Shown: positions 49,403 through 61,061, numbered from the stretch's first letter. The stretch is 64,000 bases of DNA from Planctomycetota bacterium (GCA_965223845.1 CBDCXR010000004.1:1920001-1984000); one strand, 5' to 3'. Notes: a model not told the origin generated them from the letters alone. A program made the numbers and translations.

Positions 49403-51703
49403 TCACTGGCCCACACTTCGCGCGACTTTCCGGAGGAGGTCACGCACCTGTCGCTGCTTCTTCGCGAGGGAATCCACCCGGAGCTTTTCTTCGGGGCCCA
49501 GCTCCTCCGGCCGCGAGCGATCGAACTCTCGCGTCCGCTCGTTCACCCGCTTCTGCAGCGCCCTCACCATTTTGAGCTCAGCGGATTTCGGGAGGAGCGG
49601 AGCGGCGCCGCTCTGCGACTCCCGCCCCGAGTTCGGATTCGGCGGGGGCGGCTCCTTCTGCGCGCGCTCGAGCGACGCGAGGATATCCTCGATGCTCGCC
49701 TCGATCTGCGACTGGACGTACTGCGTCCGCTGCCCGACGTCGATGCGCGAAAGTGCGCCCGACACCTCGTTCAGATCCGAGCGGATCTCTTCGACGATCT
49801 CGGGAAAGACGAGAGTCGTCCCGTCCTGCTGAAGGAGATCGACGACGTCCTCCGCGATGAGCGCGAGCTCCGATTCACGCTCGGCGAGCGACTCCGCGAC
49901 GAGACGATCTCGTCGCGCCATCGCCTCGAAGCGTTCGCGCTCGGACTCCGTGACGTCCTCCGCGCGGACCAGCTCCCGCGCCTGACTCTTCAGGTGGAGC
50001 GTCTTCGTGCCGGCGGAGATCTTCTTTTGCTCTTCGAGCATGCGCGTGAACTTCTCTTTCAAGTAAGCGAGAAGACGCTCGCGCAGCGCCTCTTGCAGGC
50101 GCTCGAGACTTTCTTCCATCTTCGCGCGCGCGTTTTGGAGCGAGTCGAGCGATTCACGCTGGCGCGACGAGGCCTCGCCGGCTTCACCGCGCCCGAGCTG
50201 TCCGGACGCCTGTCCCATGTTCTGCGCGGCGGACTCGACATCCTTCCGGCCGGGGACCCCTTCTTCCGACCCGATGAGAGGAAGCGGCTTCCGCATCTTC
50301 TCGGCCAGCGAGTCGGTGTCCTTCTTGATTTCGTCTTGCTCGTTCTTCAGGCGCGAGAACTCGCGCCGAGCGCGCAGCCGGTCGAGCTGGTCGCCGCTCG
50401 CGCCGTCCGCCTCCTCGAGCGCCTTGCGCGCTTCTGCCGCGCCGGCCTGGGCGGCCGCGGGATCTCCATCCGCGATCGCCTTCGCGGCGCGCTTCATCGC
50501 GCGAGCCGCGCGGTCGAGGGCGTCCCGATCGAGAACGCTCTCCGGCGCCGGCTCAGGGCGGGGAAGTTTACGGGTGAGCCCGCCGTCACCGGGCGGCGGT
50601 CGAGCTTCGTCGGGGTCTCCGCCCGCGCCGGGCTTGCCCGCTTCGCCGTCCGGCGGGGAGACCGCGGGCTCCGGCTCTCCCGGAGAAGCCTCGGACTCTC
50701 CCGGCGGCCCCGATTCTCCGGACTGACCCGGCTCTCCCGGTGGGCCCGATTCTCCCGGTGTTCCCGGCTGCCCCGATTCACCGGGCGGAGCTTGTTCCCC
50801 GGGCTGACCCGGTTTCCGAGGAGGAGCTTGCTCACCGGGCTGGCCCGGCTCTCCCGGTCGACTCGGCGGCCGGGCCGTGGCGTTACGTTCTACCTCTTCG
50901 GCTCGGTTCGCCTCCCGCGCGGCGTCGCGATCGCGGAGGGTCTCCGTCTCGCGCTGAATCCCCGTCTGCTCGCCGGCGAGGTTTCCGGCTCGTCGCGCGG
51001 CGATCGACTTCGCGGCATCGTCTCCACGCGTCGCGCGCTCGACACCTTTTTGCCGCTCGATCAGGTCGCGCAGCGTTTCCCGCTCGCTCCGGAGCGCCTT
51101 GCTCGACGCCCCCGCGACCTCGGCGTCGTCGCTCCGCAGCTTCGCGCGTGTCTCGTCTTGGATCACGCGGTCGACATCGCCGAGGAGCCCCTTCAAGCGC
51201 TTGATCTCGCGAAGAAGCTCGCGCGGGTCGATGTCTTCCTGAAGCAAGATCCGGAGGACTTCGTCGAGATCGATCGCGACTTCCTCCTGACTCTCGAGAG
51301 CTCGATCGAGCTTCTTCTCGTCGAGGTAGCGAAGGACGCGGTCCATCCCGTCGATGAGGAGTCGCTCTCTCGACTCGAGGAACGCACGCTGAAGCTTGGC
51401 CGCGTTGTAGGGTTCGGTCGCCTTGAGCTGCTCGGCGATGCGCGCCATCGCCTCCTCGAGACGGCGCATCTGCTCGCGCGCGTCGCGCTGCTTGATCGCG
51501 TCGAGGCTGTCGCGATCGACCCGCGCGCCATCCTGCGCGCGAAGCGACGTCGGGGCGCCGAGCCATCCGATCGAAGCCGTCGCGATGCTGATCGCGATCA
51601 TCACGCCCCGAAGTTGGATCCTTACGCCGCGACGCTCTCGCTGTGCCATTTCGGCCTCCGCGCTCGTTCGAGCTCTCGCCATTCGCTCCACGATCACCTT
51701 CAC
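49403..51703 (-). CDS. Coiled-coil protein with Pro/Gly/Glu repeats (Bat-cluster associated)
   Basis: Signal-like segment, long helices, PGEPGQ/PGESG repeats at about 50690-50860, AELKMVRALQ; start 51703 or 51649. Confidence 0.8.
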   Translation of the reverse strand: MKVIVERMARARTSAEAEMAQRERRGVRIQLRGVMIAISIATASIGWLGAPTSLRAQDGARVDRDSLDAIKQRDAREQMRRLEEAMARIAEQLKATEPYNAAKLQRAFLESRERLLIDGMDRVLRYLDEKKLDRALESQEEVAIDLDEVLRILLQEDIDPRELLREIKRLKGLLGDVDRVIQDETRAKLRSDDAEVAGASSKALRSERETLRDLIERQKGVERATRGDDAAKSIAARRAGNLAGEQTGIQRETETLRDRDAAREANRAEEVERNATARPPSRPGEPGQPGEQAPPRKPGQPGEQAPPGESGQPGTPGESGPPGEPGQSGESGPPGESEASPGEPEPAVSPPDGEAGKPGAGGDPDEARPPPGDGGLTRKLPRPEPAPESVLDRDALDRAARAMKRAAKAIADGDPAAAQAGAAEARKALEEADGASGDQLDRLRARREFSRLKNEQDEIKKDTDSLAEKMRKPLPLIGSEEGVPGRKDVESAAQNMGQASGQLGRGEAGEASSRQRESLDSLQNARAKMEESLERLQEALRERLLAYLKEKFTRMLEEQKKISAGTKTLHLKSQARELVRAEDVTESERERFEAMARRDRLVAESLAERESELALIAEDVVDLLQQDGTTLVFPEIVEEIRSDLNEVSGALSRIDVGQRTQYVQSQIEASIEDILASLERAQKEPPPPNPNSGRESQSGAAPLLPKSAELKMVRALQKRVNERTREFDRSRPEELGPEEKLRVDSLAKKQRQVRDLLRKVARSVGQ

Positions 51704-54084
51704 TGCTCTTCGGTCCGATTCGCGCCGCCCTCGCGCTCCGGCGGAACCGCACGTCCCGTATTGTCGCTCGTCTCCGCCGGTTCGCCAACGCCGTCCCCGG
51801 CATCCTCGTCCTCTTCGATCAGTTCGTCGTCCTCGAAGAACGAGTCGACGGTCGCCTCGTAGAGTCGCCGCGTCTCGGCCGTCGCCTCTTTGTGGATGCT
51901 GAGAATGGAGCGAAGCCGGTGAACGATCTCGGTGAATCCCTCCATCCGGCGCAGATTCCGGATGATCCGTTCGAGCTCCTCGATGACCGCGTCTACGCCT
52001 TGCGCCAGCTCCCATCCCGACTCGGCGCGCGCCGGGGCCGAACGCTCCTCGCGGACGCGCCGGAGGAGGGTGACCGTCTCGGGGAGCGCCTCCGCCGCGA
52101 GGGCGTCGAGGGGAGAGATGATCTGCGCCGCGAGACGCTCGCTGTCCTCCGCCTCCGCGATCCGATTGTTCTTCATTTCGTCGAGGATCTGACGAATCGC
52201 CCCCGCGATCGCTGCGAGCTGGCGCGAAAGTTGGCGCTGCGTCTTCGCGGCGGCGACGATCTCGTCGATCGCCGTTCCAGCGAGCTCTCCGTCGGCCCGC
52301 CACGTCGAATTGAGCGCCGAGTAAACTCGGTCACGGATCGTCTTTTCGAGCGTGAGTGCACGCTCGAGCGCGCGGCGCTGCTCGACCTCGCGACGGAGGA
52401 GCTCCTCACCGAGTCGCTCCGGAGTGACGACGAGAAAGGCTAGTCGCGAGCTCTCTCCGGTTTGCGCTCCGCGGATCGCGTTGTTGTCGACCGCCCGCAC
52501 CCGAAGATCGATGCGGATCCCCGGCTCGAACGCGTGGGGGAGTAGATCCCAGACGAGCACGTCCTCGAACTCGCGAGCGGGTGGGTCGAGCGGAGGAAAC
52601 GGCTCTTCTCCCCGTCGCGCCTCCGGTGAGTCCCCGCCCTCAGCAGCGGCTTCCGCGCTCGATTCGTCGGGCGGAGCAGAACTCGCGTCCTCGCTCGCCT
52701 CCGACTCCTCCCCGGCGATCTCGACGACTTCGAACGCGACGCTGAGCTGCGTCACGCGGTAGTCGTCCTCGGCGCGCACCTCGAGGGGAATCATCGCCGC
52801 GGGCGTCACGAGTCCGCTCACGCCTCGCGGCCTCGCTCGCACGCTCGGAGCGCGGTCCGGAAGCACGTGGACGAAGAAGCGGAACGGGCGTTCGGGGGGA
52901 ACACGCTCAGTATCCTCGAGGACGATCGACACGGCTCCGCCGCTCACCGGCTTGTACACGCCGCGGAACTCGTTCTCGTCACCGGCCGTCACGACGAGCG
53001 GAGCCGCTTCGTCCTCCGCCTCGAGACGCGCGGCGCGGAGCGGCTTGGATGCCCGTCCCCGAAGATGGATCGTCGTTCCTTCCGGCACGGAGACATCGCC
53101 CACGTCGTCCTCGATCGATTCCTCCGCGCGGTGCGTGTGCGGCGGGAACACGAGCTGAAGAGCGAGCTCTTCGACGCGCGGCCGCGCCAACGGTCGTACG
53201 GTGTGGACCGGCGAGCGGAAGTCGCCGCCCTCGAGCACGAAACGAAACTCCTCCAGCACCTGGTCGACCTCGAACACGAACATGCGGTCCGACTCGCGCG
53301 CGAGCGTGAGGCGACGCCGCTCCGAACCGAAGTCGAGACGAATGCGCACCCGGCGAGGGAGCTCGCCGTCGGCTCGAACTCGGAGGACGAGTGGATCGCC
53401 GCTCGGAACTCCGCGGGTGAACTCGGGGGGGGAGAAGCCCTCGGCGACGAGACGCGTACGGTACGGCCACTCGGCGGTCGCGCTGAGAAGAACCTGGCGC
53501 TCGAACCAGAGCGCGAGCGTCTCTCCGAGGGGGACCGCGAGTGCGAGCGCGAGCGCGAACGCCGCGCAACCGGCGGTGAGTGCGGCGACGACGCGCGGGG
53601 TGTCGATCACGCTCGAAACGTCGATCCGATGGATATCGCGCGCCGTGCGACGCGCCACCTCGCGTTTCATTTGGACGGCGAGGTCGTCGTCCACTCGGCT
53701 CTCTGCTCGAACGCGCGGGTCGCGCACGAAATCGAGACTGCTCCGCAGCGTGTCGAGTAAGTCGGGGTGGCGGCGTTCGACGAGATCGGCGAGGCGTTCC
53801 GGCCGGAGGGGCACTCGGCACGGCGAGATCAGCCAGCGCCAGACGAGCCAGGCGATCACTCCGAGATAGACGACGAGCGAGACCGCACGCACCGGAACGG
53901 GAAGGCGGAATACGCGGTCGACGACGAGCGACAGCGCGACGATGCCGAGCACCGACAGAAAGAGGAGCGACAATCCACGGACGATCACGTTCGCGCGGAT
54001 GAGGAACGCGAGGCGCCGGAGGGCGCCGTCGAGCTCGCGCGCGATCGGCGACGGAGCGGTCGTCTTCTCGTGGCGGTCGTTCAC
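51700..54084 (-). CDS. DUF4175-like membrane protein
   Basis: N-terminal TM segments, Ig-like region, PDRAP.V, AEDDY, coiled C-terminus; GTGA overlap. Confidence 0.8.
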   Translation of the reverse strand: MNDRHEKTTAPSPIARELDGALRRLAFLIRANVIVRGLSLLFLSVLGIVALSLVVDRVFRLPVPVRAVSLVVYLGVIAWLVWRWLISPCRVPLRPERLADLVERRHPDLLDTLRSSLDFVRDPRVRAESRVDDDLAVQMKREVARRTARDIHRIDVSSVIDTPRVVAALTAGCAAFALALALAVPLGETLALWFERQVLLSATAEWPYRTRLVAEGFSPPEFTRGVPSGDPLVLRVRADGELPRRVRIRLDFGSERRRLTLARESDRMFVFEVDQVLEEFRFVLEGGDFRSPVHTVRPLARPRVEELALQLVFPPHTHRAEESIEDDVGDVSVPEGTTIHLRGRASKPLRAARLEAEDEAAPLVVTAGDENEFRGVYKPVSGGAVSIVLEDTERVPPERPFRFFVHVLPDRAPSVRARPRGVSGLVTPAAMIPLEVRAEDDYRVTQLSVAFEVVEIAGEESEASEDASSAPPDESSAEAAAEGGDSPEARRGEEPFPPLDPPAREFEDVLVWDLLPHAFEPGIRIDLRVRAVDNNAIRGAQTGESSRLAFLVVTPERLGEELLRREVEQRRALERALTLEKTIRDRVYSALNSTWRADGELAGTAIDEIVAAAKTQRQLSRQLAAIAGAIRQILDEMKNNRIAEAEDSERLAAQIISPLDALAAEALPETVTLLRRVREERSAPARAESGWELAQGVDAVIEELERIIRNLRRMEGFTEIVHRLRSILSIHKEATAETRRLYEATVDSFFEDDELIEEDEDAGDGVGEPAETSDNTGRAVPPEREGGANRTEEQ

Positions 54085-56666
54085 AGCAGTCGATTCAACT
54101 TCCGAAGGATCCACTCGGCCGCGAGTAGAATGGCGAGAACGGTCATGCAGAACCAGTTGTCCCAGAGCGGGATCGGCTCCTCGGAGGCGACGACGACTTG
54201 CCGGCGATCCGGGATCCCATCGGGAATGCCGTCGATCGCGTCGATATCGACGTAGCGTCCACCCGTCGACTCTGCGAGCTCGCGCAGCGCCGCGTCGTCG
54301 AGTCGAGGGTCGAGGAACTCGAGTCGGGGGGCGTCGACTCGCACGCGCTTTGGTTCGCTCTCCGACCCGGCGCTGTACTCGATCGCATACTCGCCGATCG
54401 CGCTCGGATCAAACAAGCCTCGGAACCATCCGGGTGAGTTCGCGTCGGCGACGAGGTGGACATCCTCAGAGTCGCCGTCCGGCTCCGTGATCGTGAGCGC
54501 CGCGTCCTCCGCCTCGATCGGCTGGTAGTTCTCGTCGAGGAGATAGAGACCGAGCCGCCACGTCTCGCCGAGCTCGTAGGTATCGCGGTCCGTCTGCACG
54601 AGAGCTCGCTCGCGCCGGACGAGGCGCCCTTCCGTAAGGAAGCGAATCGACTGGATCCAGAACCGCTCGTAAATCTCCTCGGCGAGCGGACGCCACCGCC
54701 AGGTCGCATCGATCCCCGACCACAGGACTCGGCCGCCGCCGAAGTACTGCGTCGCCACGAGTGGTCGCGGATGGCCGTCACGCGCGAGGCTAGGATCGGG
54801 GTGGACGAAGAGCACCGTCGCTCCCGGCTTCGCGCGGCGCGCGGGGAACGACCAAAAGAACCCGGCGATCTCGGCCCAGCGCATCCGGTTTCGCTCGACC
54901 TGCGACGACAACCGCGTCGCGGCGTGGAGTGCTGCGTCGTCCGTAGGTACGAGAGACCATTCGCGCTCGTAGAAGTATCCCTGCTCGAGTTGATCGCGGA
55001 CATCGATCGATTCGACGAGTACGGGGAGCGCGTCGCGGAGTCCGGCCGCCGCGGGCGCGTCGAAAAACTCGATCGAGTACTTGTCGCCCGCGATGTACGC
55101 GAGTCCCCCGTGGTGCTCGGAAACGAACGATTCGAGGAGGGAGAGCATCGCCGGGGGCATCGCTCGCGGATCGACGTCCATGAGGACGACGACGTCGTAC
55201 TCGAAGAGATCCTTCGCCGTGTCGGGGAGCCGCTTGAGCTGAACGTCTCCCTCCTGCGGGTACTCGGGATCCGCGCTCATGAGCCACGCCGCGACGGTAA
55301 TGCGGGCATCGCGCTTGAAGAGATTCTTCAGGTATCGGTATTCGTAGCTCGGACCGCCGGCGACGAGAAGCACGCGCGACGCCTCCTCGACGACCTCGAG
55401 CTCGAACGCCCTTTCGTTGTCGTCCGCGAACGACTCCTCCGGATCGGGGTCGATGCGCGCGACGATGCGGTGGGGGCCGATCCCCTCCGGCGCGTGCTCG
55501 AAGTGAATCGTCAGCTCGCTCGCGTCTGCGGGAAGCTCGACGTCACGCGTCCCGATCGTGACGGGTGCCGCTTCGACGCCATCGGCCGATCGCGCCGTGT
55601 CGGTGAGCTCCACGCGAACCGTCTCGCCACCGTAACCGTGCTGCTCGAGACGGACGTCGATCGCGATCGGGTCGCCGACGAAGACGCGTTCGTTCGCGAC
55701 GATCGCGGCGAGTCGTAGATTCCGCGTCGGCGCCGGATCGCCGACCCCGACCGCGTAGACCGGGATGCGCTGGCTGCGGAGCAGTCCGGCCACGCCCTTC
55801 AGGTCTTCGCCCGCGGTGATCCGTCCGTCGGAGACGACGACGACCGCCGCGACCCGCGTGCCCGCCTCGGCTTCGACCGACGTTCGAATCGCACTCGCGA
55901 TGTCCGTCGTATCCCCGCGGAGCTCGAGGTCGATCGGTCCCTCCCAATCGGACGGTGACGCGCCGGACACGGAGGTGGAATCCGTCTCCGGATTCGCCGA
56001 GCTCGGCGGCTCCGCCCGGCGCGCGGGATCCGCGTCCGGCGGAGTCGAGGGCTTGGCCGCGGCGATCGGCCGCAGCGGCCCGGCAAAGCCGTAGACCTTC
56101 AGACGGTTCTTCTCGGCGAGGCGAGCGAGCACGCGCCAGCCGTCGTGGTCGAGCGCGCGCTCGACGATCTCGGCCCGGGTCATCCCGGTGACGGCGCTCG
56201 GCTCGAGCTCGAATCGCGTAGCGACGCGCTGCAGGATCGCGCCGCTACTCAGATAGCGATCGCGGATTCCGTGACTCCGCGATTCATCGACGAGGACGAT
56301 CGTCGTCGCGCGGACGTCCCGCGCCCGATCCACCTCGAGCACCGGGTAGGCGAGAACGAGGCCGAGGACGATGAGAAACCCGACCCGGAGCGAAGCCATG
56401 ACCGCGCGGCGGGGTCCCGGTACGTTCCCTTCGCGCCGATAGAGCCAAACGATGAACGCACCGCCGGCGAGGAGGAGGATCAAGGCGAGAAGCGCCCACG
56501 CACCTTCCGGCAGACGGGCGAAGCGAAAATGGGCGGTGCTCCCTTCGAGCGCGTCGGGATCGACCGAGAGAAGTCGAAGGATCCAGTCGGGCGGCGCCGA
56601 CGACGGAGCGGCCTGTGCGACCCAGGGCTCGATGATTCCCATGACTCCGCTCAGGTGGAGGCTCAT
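54081..56666 (-). CDS. vWA-domain membrane protein with glutamine-amidotransferase-like domain
   Basis: DESRS, TDI, VSDG MIDAS; YEYRYL; TWRWR; LAESTGG; EWILRK; ATGA overlap. Confidence 0.88.
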   Translation of the reverse strand: MSLHLSGVMGIIEPWVAQAAPSSAPPDWILRLLSVDPDALEGSTAHFRFARLPEGAWALLALILLLAGGAFIVWLYRREGNVPGPRRAVMASLRVGFLIVLGLVLAYPVLEVDRARDVRATTIVLVDESRSHGIRDRYLSSGAILQRVATRFELEPSAVTGMTRAEIVERALDHDGWRVLARLAEKNRLKVYGFAGPLRPIAAAKPSTPPDADPARRAEPPSSANPETDSTSVSGASPSDWEGPIDLELRGDTTDIASAIRTSVEAEAGTRVAAVVVVSDGRITAGEDLKGVAGLLRSQRIPVYAVGVGDPAPTRNLRLAAIVANERVFVGDPIAIDVRLEQHGYGGETVRVELTDTARSADGVEAAPVTIGTRDVELPADASELTIHFEHAPEGIGPHRIVARIDPDPEESFADDNERAFELEVVEEASRVLLVAGGPSYEYRYLKNLFKRDARITVAAWLMSADPEYPQEGDVQLKRLPDTAKDLFEYDVVVLMDVDPRAMPPAMLSLLESFVSEHHGGLAYIAGDKYSIEFFDAPAAAGLRDALPVLVESIDVRDQLEQGYFYEREWSLVPTDDAALHAATRLSSQVERNRMRWAEIAGFFWSFPARRAKPGATVLFVHPDPSLARDGHPRPLVATQYFGGGRVLWSGIDATWRWRPLAEEIYERFWIQSIRFLTEGRLVRRERALVQTDRDTYELGETWRLGLYLLDENYQPIEAEDAALTITEPDGDSEDVHLVADANSPGWFRGLFDPSAIGEYAIEYSAGSESEPKRVRVDAPRLEFLDPRLDDAALRELAESTGGRYVDIDAIDGIPDGIPDRRQVVVASEEPIPLWDNWFCMTVLAILLAAEWILRKLNRLL

Positions 56667-58996
56667 CGCACGCCTCCCTTCGCTCGGGGGGCGTTGCCCG
56701 AGGTCGAGTCGCGGTGGTGCGCGAACTTCCAGGCGAGGAAAGCCTCGACGAAGAGGACGAGTACGAGAAACGCGAGGAGAAGGTCTGCGATTTCGAATCG
56801 TCCGCGACCGACACTCGCGAGCGTCGAGGCTCCGGAGACGACCGAGAGATCTACGCCGGGGTAGAGACGCTCGAGGGCCTCGCTCGAAACCCGCGTGAGA
56901 TCGGACTCCTCCGCCGCGCGCGTCAAGGCGAAGACCCGCCACTCCTCTTCTCCCTCCTTTGTCCGGAGAGCGAAGGAGTAGTGTCCCGCTCGCGTTGTGC
57001 CCGGGACGACGAACTGGAACTCGCTCGCGCCCGGCGCGGCCGGTGAGGCGTTGAGCGTCCGTTCCGGCACCGCGGGATAACCGGGAGGTCGCACGCGGGC
57101 TTGGCGCTCATACCGCGCGATGTCGACTGGGATGGCAAGCGGAGCGCCGACTCTTCGTTCGGTCGTCACGACTCCCGTTCGCGCGAGCGTCGCGACGAGA
57201 TCCTGAACGAGAATGAGATAGGTGGGGCTGCGCGGCCAATCGCTCCACTCGAAATCCGCACTCGTCGCGGCGAGGATCACGCGCCCTTCGCCGAAGGCGT
57301 GCTCGACGATGGCAGGGCTTCCCCTCGGATCGCTGAACCTCGCGAGCACCTGAGCCGACACCGTCGGCTCGAGCGCGAAGTACGACATCACGTCGACGTG
57401 CTGGAACGCCTCTCCAACTTCACGCAGCGAGCGAAAGTAGGGATGACTCAAGTCCGGGGCGAAATGCACCGGATCCTGGGTCGCGTCGACGATCTCGCCG
57501 ACGCGAGCGGGCAGGAAGCGGGCGTCCGACTCGCGCTCGGACGATGCCTCCGCTTCGCTCGCGTTGGTTTCCCCGGCACTCGCGCCGCCTCCGAGAACGC
57601 GATTGTAGAGATCGCCATCGACCTGATCCCCGAGAAAGACGATCGCCGAGCCGCCGCCGCGGACGAACTCGTTCAGCCGGGCGAGAAAGTCCTCTGGTAG
57701 CGCGAACAGATTGCAGAGAAAGACACTCGTGTACTCGTCGAGTCGAACCTGCGAGAGACTCTCTTCGACGACGACGTCCGGGCGGACGCCGGAGGTCTCG
57801 TCGCCCGACGGAGCGAGGGCCATCTCGAGAACATCCGTCTCCCCCTCGAAGCGCTCGGACGACGGCTCGCCGCTCACCAAGAGGATCTTCACCGACTCGA
57901 CGACGTCGACAGCCACCGCGTACCGATCGTCGGTCGGAAGGGCGTCATCCGCTCCGCGGACCTCGACATCGACCGCGTGCGGACCGGCCTCACGGAAACG
58001 GATGAACACCGCCGCCGTGCGCGTCTCGCCGGGCTCGAGTGCGGCGAGCGCCGGCCCGTTCACGTCGGCCCAGCTCCACTCGTCCTCACGGACTTCCGCG
58101 TAGCGAAGCGCGAGCTGAAGTCCGCGTGCGGGCGCGTCGCCGAAGTTCCTCACGCTCACGGCGAACTCGGTCGGGACGCCGGCGACCGCGGGTCCGCGCT
58201 GCTCGACCCCTGTGAGGGCGACGTTGCCGCGAACCTCCTTTGCCACGTCGACGACGACGAGACGCGCAGGAGTCTCCTCGTCGGCCGAGAGCCGCGCGAG
58301 CGCCGCCGCCAGACGGGGGTCCGCTCCGCCGGCGCCATCCGTCCAGTCGGCGGCCCGCAGGTCGGAAAGTACGGTGACCGCGAGCGGCCGACTCAGCGCG
58401 TCTTCGACGCCGGCGCGATCCTCCGCGAGCGCCTCGAGCACGTCGGCGAGATGGAGGCGCGTATCGTTCGGGGAGAACGTCGCGAGGCGCCGCGCCAGGG
58501 CGGCGGAACCCTCGTCGTCGAGGGGCACTCGACGGACGAGCGGCGCACGCGGGGCCGACGAACGAAGCACGCTCGCACGATCGGAGCCGCCCTCGTCCAC
58601 GAGATGATCGAGTGCGCTCGCGAGCGCTTCCACCTCGCGCTCGAAGACCGTCCGGCCACCGATGGCGCACGTCGTAGAGAACGAGTCGTCGAGCACGAAG
58701 GTCTTCTCTTCCGAGCGAAACGCCGAGCCGAGCCACGAAAAGCTGCTGCCCGAGAGGATCGGCCGGGCGAGCGCGAATCCGAGAAGAGCCATCATCGCGA
58801 TGCGAAGCAGCAGCAAGATGAGCTGCTCGAGGCGGATGCGGCGTCGATTCCTCTTGAGCGCGCGAAGGAGGAACTCCATCGCGGCCCACTCGATCCGCCG
58901 CACGCGCCGGCGGTGGATGAGGTGGATGATGATCGGAATCGACACGAGGGCGAGCGTCGCCCAGGCGAGAGCGCTGTTCAGAAAAAACGAACCCAT
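56663..58996 (-). CDS. BatA N-terminal domain plus vWA protein
   Basis: PIIIHL..R...WAAM.FL...LLLRI...ARP; DDSFS; LSDL. Confidence 0.9.
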   Translation of the reverse strand: MGSFFLNSALAWATLALVSIPIIIHLIHRRRVRRIEWAAMEFLLRALKRNRRRIRLEQLILLLLRIAMMALLGFALARPILSGSSFSWLGSAFRSEEKTFVLDDSFSTTCAIGGRTVFEREVEALASALDHLVDEGGSDRASVLRSSAPRAPLVRRVPLDDEGSAALARRLATFSPNDTRLHLADVLEALAEDRAGVEDALSRPLAVTVLSDLRAADWTDGAGGADPRLAAALARLSADEETPARLVVVDVAKEVRGNVALTGVEQRGPAVAGVPTEFAVSVRNFGDAPARGLQLALRYAEVREDEWSWADVNGPALAALEPGETRTAAVFIRFREAGPHAVDVEVRGADDALPTDDRYAVAVDVVESVKILLVSGEPSSERFEGETDVLEMALAPSGDETSGVRPDVVVEESLSQVRLDEYTSVFLCNLFALPEDFLARLNEFVRGGGSAIVFLGDQVDGDLYNRVLGGGASAGETNASEAEASSERESDARFLPARVGEIVDATQDPVHFAPDLSHPYFRSLREVGEAFQHVDVMSYFALEPTVSAQVLARFSDPRGSPAIVEHAFGEGRVILAATSADFEWSDWPRSPTYLILVQDLVATLARTGVVTTERRVGAPLAIPVDIARYERQARVRPPGYPAVPERTLNASPAAPGASEFQFVVPGTTRAGHYSFALRTKEGEEEWRVFALTRAAEESDLTRVSSEALERLYPGVDLSVVSGASTLASVGRGRFEIADLLLAFLVLVLFVEAFLAWKFAHHRDSTSGNAPRAKGGVR

Positions 58997-59901
58997 TACC
59001 TCGCCCTCCGGCCGTGCCGATTCCGGGCGGCGAGAACGGAGATGATCGCGGCGTCGAGCGGCTCGCCGGTGTGCGTTCGGTGGTAATCGAGCCCGAGAGT
59101 CGCGCAGAGGCGCTCGACATCATCGAGGTAGCGCTCGAGCTCCTCGATGTAGGCATCGCGGAGCGCGCGCGGGTCGGTCACGACCTCCGGATAGTCCTCA
59201 AGCCCGTCGAAGAGCACGTTCCCTTCAAACGGAAACGAGAGCTCGGCCTCGTCGAGGACGTGGAAGACGACGAGGTCGTGGCCGCGGAGCTGAAAGGCCT
59301 GAAGGCCTCGCTCGAGATCGTCGATGGGTGCGAAAAGGTCGGAGATGATGACGACGAGGCCGCGGCGCGGCAGCGACTCGGCGAGCGCACTGAAGGTATC
59401 GCCGACCGACGTCTTTCGCGTCACCTCGGCGCCGTCCATGAGGTCGGCGAGGCGGAGGAGGATCGACGGATGCGTGCTCGGCGGCATGCGGTCGCGGATC
59501 TCTTCATCGAACAGCGTGACCCCGACGGCGTCATGTTGACGCTGAAGAAGATAGGCGATCGACGCGAGGAGCGTTCCGCCGTAGTCGTACTTCGTCATCG
59601 CCGACGAGCCGTAGCGCATCGATTCCGATGCATCGAGGAGAAGATGGCCGCGAAGATTCGTCTCCTCTTCGTACCGCTTGAGCACGAAGCGGTCGGCTCG
59701 ACCGAAAACCTTCCAATCGAGGTGGCGGATGTCGTCTCCCGGAACGTAGGGGCGATGATCGACGAACTCGACGGACTGACCGTGGTACGGGCTTTTGTGC
59801 ATGCCCGAGATCATTCCCTCGACGACCATCTTCGCCCGCAGCTCAAGGCTGCCGATCCGAGCGAGAACCTTAGGACTGTAGAACCTTTCGTAGCTGGCCA
59901 T
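58996..59901 (-). CDS. DUF58 protein
   Basis: G.HKSP..G.SVEF..HR.Y.PGDDIR.LDWK; DASESM; ISD. Confidence 0.95.
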   Translation of the reverse strand: MASYERFYSPKVLARIGSLELRAKMVVEGMISGMHKSPYHGQSVEFVDHRPYVPGDDIRHLDWKVFGRADRFVLKRYEEETNLRGHLLLDASESMRYGSSAMTKYDYGGTLLASIAYLLQRQHDAVGVTLFDEEIRDRMPPSTHPSILLRLADLMDGAEVTRKTSVGDTFSALAESLPRRGLVVIISDLFAPIDDLERGLQAFQLRGHDLVVFHVLDEAELSFPFEGNVLFDGLEDYPEVVTDPRALRDAYIEELERYLDDVERLCATLGLDYHRTHTGEPLDAAIISVLAARNRHGRRAR

Positions 59902-60928
59902 CCGGCAGGATCGCCCCTTCTTCGCTCGGAGTAGATTCGATCAGACGATCGATGACGACGTCGGGTGTAATCCCGCGCGCCTCGGCGTGGAAATTCGTAA
60001 GGATCCGATGGCGGAGCACGGGTCGTGCGACGGCCTGAATGTCCTCGACGGCGACGTGAAGCCTCCCGGAAAGGAGCGCCTTCGCCTTGGCGCCGACGAT
60101 GAGAAACTGGCACGCGCGAGGCCCGGCGCCCCACGCGACGTACTCGCGCACGAACTCAGGGAGCGAATCCTTCTCTTCGCCGTCGAGTCGCGTTTGTCGA
60201 ACGAGCTTCATCGCGTAGTGAACAATGGGATCGGCAACAGGGACGCGCCGAATCGTCTGCTGCAACTCGCGGATTTCGTCGGCGCCGAAGACCGGTGAAA
60301 CCTTGGTTTCGACGTCCTCGGTGGTCCGGCGGATCACGTCGAACTCTTCTCCCCACGACGGATAGCGCACGAAGATCTTGAACATGAAGCGATCCTGCTG
60401 CGCTTCGGGCAGAGGGTACGTGCCCTCCTGCTCGATCGGGTTCTGCGTCGCGAGCACGAAGAACGGATCGGGGAGCGCATGCTGCTCGCCGCCGACCGTT
60501 ACCTGACGCTCTTGCATGGCCTCGAGGAGCGCGGACTGGGTCTTCGGCGGAGTACGGTTGATCTCGTCGGCGAGGAGGACGTGGGCGAAGATCGGGCCGC
60601 GGAGAAAGCGGAAGCTCCGGGAGCCGGAGGCCTGATCCTCGTGAATGACCTCGGTCCCCGTGATGTCGGCGGGCATGAGGTCGGGCGTAAACTGAATGCG
60701 GCTGAACTCGAGATCGAGACAATCGGCGAGCGTCCGGATGAGGAGAGTCTTCGCGAGGCCCGGCACGCCCTCGAGGATGCAGTGACCCTTGGTGAAGATC
60801 GCGATCAGAAGCTGCTCGACGACCTCGTCCTGACCGACGATCACCTTGCCGATCTCTTCTTTGAGCGTTGAGAACTTCGAGCTCAGCCTGTCAACGGCCG
60901 AGAGATCGTTCTCCGGAGGGGGAGTCAT
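59870..60928 (-). CDS. moxR: MoxR-family AAA+ ATPase
   Basis: [47 protein letters not shown]. Confidence 0.97.
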   Translation of the reverse strand: MTPPPENDLSAVDRLSSKFSTLKEEIGKVIVGQDEVVEQLLIAIFTKGHCILEGVPGLAKTLLIRTLADCLDLEFSRIQFTPDLMPADITGTEVIHEDQASGSRSFRFLRGPIFAHVLLADEINRTPPKTQSALLEAMQERQVTVGGEQHALPDPFFVLATQNPIEQEGTYPLPEAQQDRFMFKIFVRYPSWGEEFDVIRRTTEDVETKVSPVFGADEIRELQQTIRRVPVADPIVHYAMKLVRQTRLDGEEKDSLPEFVREYVAWGAGPRACQFLIVGAKAKALLSGRLHVAVEDIQAVARPVLRHRILTNFHAEARGITPDVVIDRLIESTPSEEGAILPDGQLRKVLQS

Positions 60929-61061
60929 GGTGTACCTCGCGAGTGGGGGAATCTTTCAGCGATACGAGGGGCGGGGAGCAGCGCGCGGGAACGAGTCCAC
61001 CGTCGGGCCGACACGTCGGAGCGTTTCGGTGCGCTCGCTGGCGCGATCTTCGGTGCGCTTG

